Assembly: GCA_035685925.1 (NCBI GenBank)
Contig: DASRZZ010000077.1
Span: 12,061-76,060, forward strand
Origin: Syntrophales bacterium
GTDB taxonomy: Bacteria > Desulfobacterota > Syntrophia > Syntrophales > UBA2185
Direction of reading: 5' to 3'
Length of the DNA: 64,000 nucleotides
Positions within the stretch are counted from its first letter, which is position 1; every line of letters starts with the position of its first letter. The notes beneath the pieces were generated by a model. It was not told where the DNA came from, did not search any database, and saw nothing but the letters and a program-made list of their open reading frames with translations. Shown here in pieces: positions 41,439 through 50,561 of the stretch. The translations under genes were made by a program, and so were the position numbers.

Positions 41439-42239
41439 ATGACAATTGCTGATCGGGAAGATAATAATGATATGTATTATCAAGGGATTCACGGTGTCTT
41501 GGAGAAGGCGTTTCAGAACACATTTGTCGAAGAGCTTGTGCCCGGCATCGTTCACAATTTTGCTAATCCGTTAAACGGCGTCATGGGGCGCTCCAGGCTG
41601 TTGCAGAGAAAATTAACAGATATCATGGATAGTGCGGATGCGGAAAAAGGTACATTTTATCAGGAAAATCATAAAAAACTGGTTCGTGACGTTGACTCCA
41701 TAGCGCACGAGGCTGATAGACTTTCTGACATTCTTCAAACCGTGGCGGGGAAGTTTTGTGCGCTCGGTGATCGGACTGCAAATAAACTGAATCTATCCGA
41801 GCTTATAGACATGGAGATGAAGTTCTTCGATTTTTATCTGGATTTCAAGCATAGCGTCAAAAAAACTTTGCGACTTGATAGAGAACTGCCGAAAACCAAA
41901 GGAGCCCCTACTGACTATTCCTTGGCCTTTTCTACAATTATCAAATATGCGGCAGTCGCTATGAAAGACAGTATCCCAAAGGAACTCTATATTTCAACAC
42001 AACTTGAAAAGGGACAGATATGTGTGAAGATTCAGAATCGAGGGCTGCCCATTTCCGCCGATCTGAAAAGACTATTGCTTGATGAAGCGCAAGTGGATGC
42101 CTCTTCTCTGGCAGGAACCGGAGAAGGGGGACTTCTATGCGCCTTTTCACTGTTAAGGAAATGGGGCGCCTGCTTCGACATAAGCAGTGAGAATGGTTTG
42201 AATACAATCAGTGTCCTGATCCCTCCTTGTCACGCGTAG
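41439..42239 (+). CDS. Sensor-less histidine kinase-like protein (HisKA + degenerate HATPase)
   Basis: H-box GIVHNFANPL. The G1-box position reads QNRGLP instead of DxGxG; G2-like GTGEGGL. Confidence 0.7.
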   Translation: MTIADREDNNDMYYQGIHGVLEKAFQNTFVEELVPGIVHNFANPLNGVMGRSRLLQRKLTDIMDSADAEKGTFYQENHKKLVRDVDSIAHEADRLSDILQTVAGKFCALGDRTANKLNLSELIDMEMKFFDFYLDFKHSVKKTLRLDRELPKTKGAPTDYSLAFSTIIKYAAVAMKDSIPKELYISTQLEKGQICVKIQNRGLPISADLKRLLLDEAQVDASSLAGTGEGGLLCAFSLLRKWGACFDISSENGLNTISVLIPPCHA

Positions 42240-42295
42240 AATCAGGTCGAAGACTGAAGATTAAAGACACTTCCGAAATCATCAATAGGCAGATC

Positions 42296-43048
42296 TTACA
42301 ATAAGTCTATTTCCATGTCGTCGGCAGTCATAAAGGCATTATCGAATATTTTTCGGGCCACACCTTCTGATTCTTTTCTTTCTCTTAATGTCTGATATAT
42401 TTCGGCGTCGAAATGAACGAGGGCCAAGCTTTTTACGCCGGCGCCCCTGGCAATTTTTGCAGCGGTTTCCGGGTTCAGATGCGGCCAGCTTTCGCACGAC
42501 TGGCCGCTTTTATACGCACATTCAGCAATGAGGAGATCTGATGATCTGGCTAGGTGGATGGCATTCTCACAGAAACCCGTGTCTGGGCAATAGCTTATTA
42601 CCTTTCCTTCTAACTCAAACCTGTATCCCAAGGTCAGTGACTGGTGATTGAGCTCTTTGGCTTCAACTGTGAAAGGAAGTTTGCCGGCCTCTTTTGGTAA
42701 TTCATAAATATTGACAGAATATGGAAGTTGCGAGACGGGTGCCGTGAAAGGGTCATTGACAAATATTCTTATAGTCTCCCTCGTTCCAGCGGGTCCGCAG
42801 ATATTAAGACCATGTTGAAAATTAAATTTGTTCAGTGTATGCAATCCTATAATGTGATCAAGATGAAAATGACTTAGGAAAAGGCAGACGGGTTTCCCAT
42901 TCCCTTCATTTATATATCGGTCCAGTTTATAAAGGCCGTTTCCGGCATCGAGGATAATTTCATAATCTGTTGTTCTTATAAGAATGCAGATGGTATTTCC
43001 AGTTTGCGTGTCATACCATCCGTTTGTTCCTAAAAATACCACTTTCAA
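42296..43048 (-). CDS. MBL-fold hydrolase, RNase Z-like
   Basis: FLGTNG, LDAGNG, SHFHLDH, PDTG, AEC, LVHFD. Confidence 0.85.
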   Translation of the reverse strand: MKVVFLGTNGWYDTQTGNTICILIRTTDYEIILDAGNGLYKLDRYINEGNGKPVCLFLSHFHLDHIIGLHTLNKFNFQHGLNICGPAGTRETIRIFVNDPFTAPVSQLPYSVNIYELPKEAGKLPFTVEAKELNHQSLTLGYRFELEGKVISYCPDTGFCENAIHLARSSDLLIAECAYKSGQSCESWPHLNPETAAKIARGAGVKSLALVHFDAEIYQTLRERKESEGVARKIFDNAFMTADDMEIDLL

Positions 43049-43142
43049 ATTTGTCTTCCTCTTTATTAGAATTGCAACTCAAAAAAATACCCCAGAGACC
43101 TTACCGTCCGGGGTTTCGCGGTTGCTTAGGTTTTAAATCGCT

Positions 43143-43310
43143 TTATCCCTTTTCACCATCGCAATGAGGTTGTTCTATATCAATAAAGATACCTTCCGTA
43201 CCGGCCGGCGATACATCAACCCTCTCTTCACGTGCTAAGGGATCATCCGTATCATATCCGTGTCGATCTATCCTGAAATTTCCGTCTCCATGAATTTTCC
43301 GGCGTTCCAT
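43143..43310 (-). CDS. Small acidic hypothetical protein (55 aa)
   Basis: ATG 43310 with AGGAG RBS, followed by a hairpin and T run around 43081-43115. Confidence 0.4.
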   Translation of the reverse strand: MERRKIHGDGNFRIDRHGYDTDDPLAREERVDVSPAGTEGIFIDIEQPHCDGEKG

Positions 43311-43693
43311 GTGTGCAAGACTCCTGCAAACCGTTAGACTATAGAAGAACGACAGGGCATTGTCAATGACAAACCTGCTCACTGCTTACTTAAGTAAATT
43401 GCGCTGGGGAAAATTGCAAGTAACGGATAAGAATCTATGTTTTTCCGTAAGCGGGGAAGGTATATCGTATCGTAATGTTATTCTCGCAGTTGTCATGCCG
43501 ATAGACACATTGTTTTTCGTTCTGCTTCGTGATATAAGGGCGCGAGATTGAGTATTCGTTCGCAATGTTCTCTTATGAGTTGATAGTCCATGCTCGATCC
43601 CGCAAGCACCTCTTTTATCCTTGTGACAAGGAGTTGCGTTATAGATATCTTCTTTTCAAGGCGTCGCGGAAACCAGAAAATGGAGAACCATGA

Positions 43694-45814
43694 ATGTCTA
43701 AAAAGATAATCAATAATGATCCGATACTTGATGTATCAAGGGCGGACGGAAAACTTTCAGGGCACTGGGAACCAGGTGAAACAGTACTCGAGGCTGAGCA
43801 GCTCTTCAGGAGCCTTACTGAAAAGTCCTTTGCCGCCGCCTTTATAGTGCAGGAGGGAAAATTCCGTTACATCAATACGAGCGCTATTGCTTATGCCGGA
43901 TATACGGCTGAAGAGCTCATAGGCAAAGATTCGGGTATCATCGTACATCCGGACGATAGAGAAATGGCAAAGAAGAAGGCCCGCGAGATGCTTCAGGGCA
44001 AAGAATCGGCACCCTATGAATTCAGAACTGTAACCAAACAGGGTGCAATAAGATGCGTAATTCAGATAGTCGCCCCTATCCAGCATAATGGCAAGCCGGC
44101 AATCCTGGGAAATGCCATAGATGTCACTGAGCGCAAATGGGCGGAGGATGCTCTAAGAGAATCGGAGAGAAGGTTAGCTGATATTATTGATTTTCTGCCG
44201 GATGCAACACTCGCAATTGACTTAGAAGGGAAGATCATTGCGTGGAATCGTGCCATAGAGGAAATGACAGATGTCAAAGCCGCCGACATATTAGGGAAAG
44301 GTGACTATGAGTATGCATTGCCGTTTTACGGCATCCGCAGGCCCATCTTGGTTGATTTGGTCCTCAAGCCGGACAAGAAAATTGAACGGAGCTACTATTC
44401 CATTCTCGAAAAAAATAAAGATCTCCTGATCGTGGAGACATGGGTCCCCTTCTTGAAGTGGAAAAAGGCCTTCCTCTGGGCAAAGGCCAGTCCCCTTTAT
44501 GATAGCAAAGGTGACATCGTAGGTGCCATTGAATCGATCAGGGACATTACGGCGCGCAAAGAGGCCGAAAGAATGCTTCAGGAATCGGAGGAAAAGTACC
44601 GATCCCTCGCATCCAGCATTGACGTGATGTATCTCGTTGACAAAGATTGCAGGTATCAGTTCATGAATGAGGGATTCCTGTCGAGGCGCGGCCTCACCTT
44701 GGGCGATGTGGAAGGAAGATCATATGACGACTTCCATTCTGCAGAGGATGCCAGAGAATTCAGGGAAATCATCAACGGCATCTTCAAGACGGGCCAATCG
44801 GTCCAGCATGAACATAGAAGTCAAAGAGATGACAAATACTTTCTCAGGTCATTGAGCCCCGTCAAAGATTCTGACGGGAGCACAATAGCTGTAACGGTAG
44901 TTTCCAAGGACATTACCAAACGCAAACGGGCGGAAGAGGCCCTGCGAGAATCGGAAAGGCGATTGTCGGACATTATTGATTTCTTGCCGGACGCCACACT
45001 TGCGATTAACCGGAAAGGGAAAGTAATCGCATGGAATCGTGCCATAGAGGAAATGACAGGGGTTAAAGCTGTTGACATGGTGGGGAAGGGTGATTTTGAG
45101 TATGCCTTGCCGTTCTATGGAGTTCGAAGGCCTATATTGATTGATCTTGTCTTGATGAAACCGGACAAAAAAGTTGAGAGTAGTTATTATTCTGTCTTCA
45201 AGAAAGAGGAGAATAACCTGATAGTGGAGACGTGGGTCCCTGCCTTAAAAGACAAGAAGGCCTTCCTTTGGGCAAAGGCAAGTCCTCTTTACGACAGTAA
45301 GGGGCGGATAGTAGGCGCCATCGAATCCATTCGGGATATCACGGAGCGCAAGCAGGCGGAAGAAATGCTGGAAAAGAGAGAGATTGAGCTTGAGGCAAAG
45401 ACAAACGAACTTGAGGACCTAAATGCGGCCCTAAGGGTTTTGCTTAAGCAGAGAGAAGAGGATAAGAATGAGCTCGAACAAAAAGTGCTGTCAAATGTGA
45501 AGCTTCTTATACTGCCATATATAGAGAAATTGAAAAGCCGGATAGACTCGAAAGAATCTTCTTACGTCAAAGTGCTCGAATCAAATCTGAAAGAAATAGT
45601 GTCCCCCTTTGCGCAAAAATTGTCAGTCAAATATTTGAATCTTACCAATAGAGAGGTCCAGATTGCCAATCTTATAAAAGAAGACAAAACAACCAAAGAG
45701 ATAGCAGCACTTCTTAATGTATCTGAAAGTGCAGTCAATGTTTATCGTTATCACATCCGACGCAAACTCAGTCTCACCAAAAAACACAATCTTCGTTCCT
45801 ATTTATCGACATAA
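43694..45814 (+). CDS. Multi-PAS LuxR-family transcriptional regulator
   Basis: Four PAS/PAC units (D[IV]T.RK junctions) and a C-terminal LTNREVQIA...TTKEIA HTH. Confidence 0.9.
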   Translation: MSKKIINNDPILDVSRADGKLSGHWEPGETVLEAEQLFRSLTEKSFAAAFIVQEGKFRYINTSAIAYAGYTAEELIGKDSGIIVHPDDREMAKKKAREMLQGKESAPYEFRTVTKQGAIRCVIQIVAPIQHNGKPAILGNAIDVTERKWAEDALRESERRLADIIDFLPDATLAIDLEGKIIAWNRAIEEMTDVKAADILGKGDYEYALPFYGIRRPILVDLVLKPDKKIERSYYSILEKNKDLLIVETWVPFLKWKKAFLWAKASPLYDSKGDIVGAIESIRDITARKEAERMLQESEEKYRSLASSIDVMYLVDKDCRYQFMNEGFLSRRGLTLGDVEGRSYDDFHSAEDAREFREIINGIFKTGQSVQHEHRSQRDDKYFLRSLSPVKDSDGSTIAVTVVSKDITKRKRAEEALRESERRLSDIIDFLPDATLAINRKGKVIAWNRAIEEMTGVKAVDMVGKGDFEYALPFYGVRRPILIDLVLMKPDKKVESSYYSVFKKEENNLIVETWVPALKDKKAFLWAKASPLYDSKGRIVGAIESIRDITERKQAEEMLEKREIELEAKTNELEDLNAALRVLLKQREEDKNELEQKVLSNVKLLILPYIEKLKSRIDSKESSYVKVLESNLKEIVSPFAQKLSVKYLNLTNREVQIANLIKEDKTTKEIAALLNVSESAVNVYRYHIRRKLSLTKKHNLRSYLST

Positions 45815-45819
45815 TTTTA

Positions 45820-46673
45820 GGTAATACACCATCAGAGTTGCACTAAATTTTTTCTTTGACAACTCGCTGAGACAAGAGTTTACGGAGTAAAGTCACTAAA
45901 TTTTCACTCCGGTGGTTAAACCGCCATTCTATCTCTTTCAAATAGAGATTAAAGTTTTTCTTTGGCACTCCACGGTAATGGTAAAGCCAATGTTTGGCAT
46001 AAGACCAAAATCCTTCAATGCCATCGAGGTAGTCTCTACCTTTGGGTTTCCCTTTGTCCTTCTTGATGACCACATGATTGCCACGAATGTCCAGGAACGT
46101 ATAAGCATGCCAGTCATCAGTATAATGAAGGCTCCCTGCCTTTGTATGACCGGTCATCAAAGGGATGAGTTCTCTTTTTCCTCTGCTGGTGATGGGAAAG
46201 GCTAAAACCTTGCCATTCCTTTGATAGAGACCGAAAACCATCCGTTTGCCGGCGGCACCCCAGCCGCGCTTGCCAGGAACTTTGCCGCCAAACATGGTTT
46301 CATCCATCTCGATCTCGCCGGAAAGCTCAGAAAGCTCTTTCATCGCTTAATCGTATAGGGCCTCTCTTAAAATTCTGAACCATCTCTGAACTGTCTTAGG
46401 ATCTAAAGGCACCTGGAAACGAAGACGATAGGCTGGAACACCTAAACAGAAAAAATTTAGAAGCCTTCCTTTCCAATACGGAGAAATCTTCATTGAATAC
46501 CATAACGTCTTATCAAATTTCCGGGTCAGACCATACTGACTGCAGCGCTTCTGACCTGTTGACAAATTCCAAAATTTCTTGCCGCCGCAGCGAGAACAAC
46601 TTTTCATAGCTGATCTCTACATTATTTCAGCTATTTATCAAAGAACTAAGTGCAATCTAACTGGGGAATTGCC
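45820..46673 (-). mobile_element. IS1595-family insertion sequence (about 854 bp)
   Basis: Imperfect 25-bp terminal inverted repeats ggtaatacaccatcagagttgcact / ggcaattccccagttagattgcact (16/25). Flanks taatttta / tcattttt may be a decayed 8-bp target duplication. Confidence 0.8.
45843..46607 (-). pseudogene. IS1595 (ISXO2-like) transposase with an in-frame TAA
   Basis: Zn-ribbon/HTH ORF 46347-46607 and catalytic ORF (EMDET, YTDDW, IEGFWS, YLKEIEWRFN) are in the same frame, separated by TAA at 46347-46349. Confidence 0.85.
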
Positions 46674-47095
46674 TCATTTTTGTAAAAGTTAAATATTTTT
46701 TAATATTAATTATGAATCTTTTAATATTGTCTTTTAACCTTTATGACTATATAAGCACTAAATCTGATCGCAGCGTAAAGTTCTCAAATTCTCCTTTTAA
46801 GTTTTAGATACTTATATCAATAGCAGATTCCAATAGTACGGCATACCCCTTATGACCTGCATTAAAGGGCTCCAGAGAATGAAACCGATAGAAAAATGGC
46901 GAGGCGGTTCATGCTTAAAAGAAGCAGAGGAATAATTATAATGTGGAGATTTGGCAGTCGTCGTGGGGAGATTATAATTGATTCTTTAATAACGGAAGGA
47001 GGTGGTCGTCGGTTTAGATTAGAGTTATGATCCGGTGAATGAATTCTGGAAGACTTTAACAACTTTAATTGGAATCAAAAAAGGAGGATGACATT

Positions 47096-48388
47096 ATGGC
47101 AGGAGAATTAAAGCCTCGTTGGGGTCAACCCATAACTGGCATAGTTTCTACCATAGCATTTTTTTTGATCGCATGGATTACCTGGTATCTATTCAGCGAT
47201 CCCCGTGGGCCCATGGGTCTATTTCCTTATCCGTTCGTTCTTATACTCGCCTGGATGATTCTGGTGGGTTTGTGGCAGCACATGTTCTTGGGAGACTGGC
47301 CGTTCCAGAAGTTATCGCCACCCGTCAGAGGGGTTGTGATGACCATTGTTAACCTGATCGGTGTGTGGTTTCTTATCGAAGTCATTTTTAATCGGGTTTT
47401 TGGTCTGGGATTCAATTTCTTAAGTCAAACCAATCTTAATGCACTGGCGGCGGCTGGGGCTACGGTAATGCCCGAAGGGTGCGGGAAATCTCTTACCTAT
47501 GAAGCGATGAAAGGTGCACATTTTGCGCAGAGTGCAGGAGTGGGATTCGTTCTGATCGGATTCTACGCGTATCCCTTCGTGACAATCCTTTTTGGGAAGT
47601 GGCCAATCCGTCCCAGCAATCTGGAGCAGCCCGCAGCCGGTATTGCTGAAATAGGTTATTGCAGCTTGCTCGTCCTTTTCTTCTACGTCGTTCTTATCGT
47701 TCCCTTCTTCGGTTTGGTCTTCGAGAAGATGTTCGGTAATGCATATGGCATGAACACTCCCTGGTGGGGCGCTATAGGCGGCACCCCCCACCTGCACTGG
47801 GTCTTCGGCTGGTGGGAATGGGCGGTCATCGTCCTGTTCATGACTGCCAATGTCTGGCGCATGAAACCCTGGTCGCTCATCACGCTTCCCCAGCCCTGGA
47901 AAGGTCTCATATCTTTCGTGGGTACCATAGTGCTTGCATACATTTGCGCTTTGATTTGTCTGAAAATCATTCCACTATGGGCGAACATGGATGATATTAT
48001 TCACCATCTGCCGGCCGGAGATAAGGGGAATCCGATACGGTTCCTTTGGTACCACTCGGCTGAGATCGCAGGCATGACCCTGATTCCTTTCCTGCAGTGG
48101 CACCACTATTTTGATGATATGTCCCCGGCGAAGAATGTGGATTCCTGGGGCGGATTCTGGTTCAGAACGTTTGGGGTGGTTGTTTTAGCCGCAGTTCTGT
48201 ATATCTGCTACTATTACATCAACTTCGGTTACTGGGGACTCGGCAATCACCACATGGAGCATGATGTTGCTGAAAGATTATTAAATGGCGAATCCCTTAT
48301 CTGGAATTTCTGGTGGATCATTCCCCTCCTATGGAACGAATGGTTCTTCCACAAGTGGCCTTTCTATGTTCATGATGAACATCACTAA
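47096..48388 (+). CDS. Uncharacterised polytopic membrane protein (putative permease)
   Basis: About 10 hydrophobic segments, Trp/Pro-rich, AAGGAGG RBS before ATG 47096, first gene of the acyl-CoA cluster. Confidence 0.8.
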   Translation: MAGELKPRWGQPITGIVSTIAFFLIAWITWYLFSDPRGPMGLFPYPFVLILAWMILVGLWQHMFLGDWPFQKLSPPVRGVVMTIVNLIGVWFLIEVIFNRVFGLGFNFLSQTNLNALAAAGATVMPEGCGKSLTYEAMKGAHFAQSAGVGFVLIGFYAYPFVTILFGKWPIRPSNLEQPAAGIAEIGYCSLLVLFFYVVLIVPFFGLVFEKMFGNAYGMNTPWWGAIGGTPHLHWVFGWWEWAVIVLFMTANVWRMKPWSLITLPQPWKGLISFVGTIVLAYICALICLKIIPLWANMDDIIHHLPAGDKGNPIRFLWYHSAEIAGMTLIPFLQWHHYFDDMSPAKNVDSWGGFWFRTFGVVVLAAVLYICYYYINFGYWGLGNHHMEHDVAERLLNGESLIWNFWWIIPLLWNEWFFHKWPFYVHDEHH

Positions 48389-48400
48389 TTGATCAAAGTC

Positions 48401-48431
48401 GAGGTAAAGGGGCGAGATGCCCCTTTACCTC
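48401..48431 (+). terminator. 13-bp perfect stem-loop after the permease (terminator or stabiliser)
   Basis: gaggtaaaggggc-gagat-gcccctttacctc, with no U tract. Confidence 0.55.
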
Positions 48432-48512
48432 AGTCAACTATGTTGCCCGTGCACAGGGGTTTGTTTTGGTAAATGCTGTGCAAATTAGTTATGGTTTTGA
48501 AAGGAGGAAGTT

Positions 48513-49568
48513 ATGGCGAGAATTCGCGGGAAAGCTAAGAAAGCTGAAATTATGACGCTTGAAGAAGCGGTTAAGAAATATATGCACAACGGCATCCAGA
48601 TTGCCTTCAGCGGGTTTACGGGATTTAACAGAAACCCCATGGCCTTTGCCTGGGAAGTCGTAAGACAAAAATACAAGGACCTGCATGTCATAGACAGGCA
48701 TGGCAGTTGCTGCACCTGGCTCCTTAATACCGTCGGTGCCATTAAGGTTTATGAAACTGACTGGATGGGCTGGGGTGAGATGGCGGGAAAACTCGACATC
48801 AATATGGAACGGATTTACAAGGCAGGAAAAATAATTCTTGAGGACTATTCTCACGGCGCAATGGCCATGAGATTCCTTGCCGGCGCCATCGGCGCGCCCT
48901 TCATTCCCTATTATGCGCCGCTGGGATCGGACCTCTACAATGCGGACTTTGATGCATTGGGAAAAGCCGGCCAGAGAGGCGGTAAAAATTCCAGGATTCC
49001 GAAGAAGAAATTCATCCAGATTGAAGAACCCTTCTTTGGCGATGGAGAGGTTGTTCTCCTGCCCGCTGCAAGGCCGGAACTCGCAGTCATTCACGTATCC
49101 AAGGTAGGCGACAAGGGGACGGCAAGATGGCGGGGCGTTGGGACGATTGACAAAGAAATCGCCTTTGCCTGCGACAAGGTCGTAATCACTGCAGAAGAGG
49201 TAGTTCCTGAGGGAGAGATGAGGAAGGATCCGGAATCCAATCAGATTCCCTTCTTTACTGTTGACGCCATTGTGGAAGTGCCTTGGGGAGCCTTCCCGAG
49301 TGGTGTCCCGTTCTATTATGATTATGACGCGCCCTTTATGCGGGAGATGGATAAGGCATCAAGAAACGTCGAGGACCTGAAAAAATGGCTCGATGACTGG
49401 GTATTTGGTCCGAAGAACTGGGAAGATTTCGTCGTGAAGCTCGGTGCACAGAAACTGTTGTCTCTCAGGGCGGACAGCACTACCGGATACAGCACCAAGA
49501 TGATGCGAGGAAAGAACCCGGCACCGAGGATGAAGATGCCTTTATCTGTTGCTCGCAGTGGCTATTAA
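48513..49568 (+). CDS. Family I CoA-transferase subunit A (GctA-like)
   Basis: MTLEEAV, EDYSHGAMAMRFLAGAIGAPFIP, ITAEEVV, EVPWGAFP. Confidence 0.88.
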   Translation: MARIRGKAKKAEIMTLEEAVKKYMHNGIQIAFSGFTGFNRNPMAFAWEVVRQKYKDLHVIDRHGSCCTWLLNTVGAIKVYETDWMGWGEMAGKLDINMERIYKAGKIILEDYSHGAMAMRFLAGAIGAPFIPYYAPLGSDLYNADFDALGKAGQRGGKNSRIPKKKFIQIEEPFFGDGEVVLLPAARPELAVIHVSKVGDKGTARWRGVGTIDKEIAFACDKVVITAEEVVPEGEMRKDPESNQIPFFTVDAIVEVPWGAFPSGVPFYYDYDAPFMREMDKASRNVEDLKKWLDDWVFGPKNWEDFVVKLGAQKLLSLRADSTTGYSTKMMRGKNPAPRMKMPLSVARSGY

Positions 49569-49587
49569 AGGAAAGGGGGGAATTAAA

Positions 49588-50484
49588 ATGGCTAAAACAA
49601 TGGAAGAATTGATGGAGTTGATCGACAAGATACCCGAGGAGAAAGCCAAAGCGGGTGAATTTATCCTGCCCGAATTGATGGCGATCGCCATTGCTCACGA
49701 AGTTTTGAATGATGACGTTGTCTTTGCCGGTACAGGGCTTCCCATGGTTGGGATTATGGCCGCCAACATGCTGAACGCGCCCAACGCCGTGTTGATTTAT
49801 GAATCAGGGGTATGCGACGGGAAAACCATGCATGTGCCCATGTCTGTGGCTGACCAGAGGGCCGCCAATCTAGCCTCCACCCTTGGTGGACTGGTGGATA
49901 CCTTTGGATATTATCTGCAGCAGGGTTTTGTGACCTTAGGGTTCCTCGGTGGAGCCGCTATTGATAAATACGGCGGCGTAAATGTAACATCCATCGGTGA
50001 TTACTATGCCCCTGCGCACCGCTTCACAGGGTCTGGGGGGAATTCCGACATAGGAACCATGTCGAAAAGGGTTGCCTACATCATCCTCCAGGAAAAAAGA
50101 AGATTCCTGGAGAGAAATGATTATACCACAACGCCCGGCTGGTGGTGCTGGGACTTCAAGACACGGGAGTGGAAACCTAAGAAGGAGGTCTGGAAAGGCA
50201 CGCCTTATGCTGATTCCGGGCCCTGTGGCGTGGTAACGAATATGGGCGTGTACAGGTTTGATGAGAAGGGAATCATCTACCTGGAAACATGCCACCCTGG
50301 TATTACCGTGGAGAAGATCAAAGAGAATTGCGGTTTTGATCTGAATGTTTCAAAGATTAAGGGTGAGACGCCAAACCCGACTTACAGGGAACTCTTTGTG
50401 TTGAGAGAGTTCGTTGACCCGGAATTGATCTTCCTGCCTGCGAAAACGGAATATCCGCCTGCGATCAAGTCAATTATTGGTTAG
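49588..50484 (+). CDS. Family I CoA-transferase subunit B (GctB-like)
   Basis: FAGTGLP, catalytic LIYESG, GFLGGAAIDKYG, GSGG. Confidence 0.88.
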   Translation: MAKTMEELMELIDKIPEEKAKAGEFILPELMAIAIAHEVLNDDVVFAGTGLPMVGIMAANMLNAPNAVLIYESGVCDGKTMHVPMSVADQRAANLASTLGGLVDTFGYYLQQGFVTLGFLGGAAIDKYGGVNVTSIGDYYAPAHRFTGSGGNSDIGTMSKRVAYIILQEKRRFLERNDYTTTPGWWCWDFKTREWKPKKEVWKGTPYADSGPCGVVTNMGVYRFDEKGIIYLETCHPGITVEKIKENCGFDLNVSKIKGETPNPTYRELFVLREFVDPELIFLPAKTEYPPAIKSIIG

Positions 50485-50561
50485 AAAACAACTTTAATAA
50501 CTGGATCCTGTCAACCTGCCGCCTAGGCAGGCTGGCAGGATAATTAGAAGGAGGACGGCAT

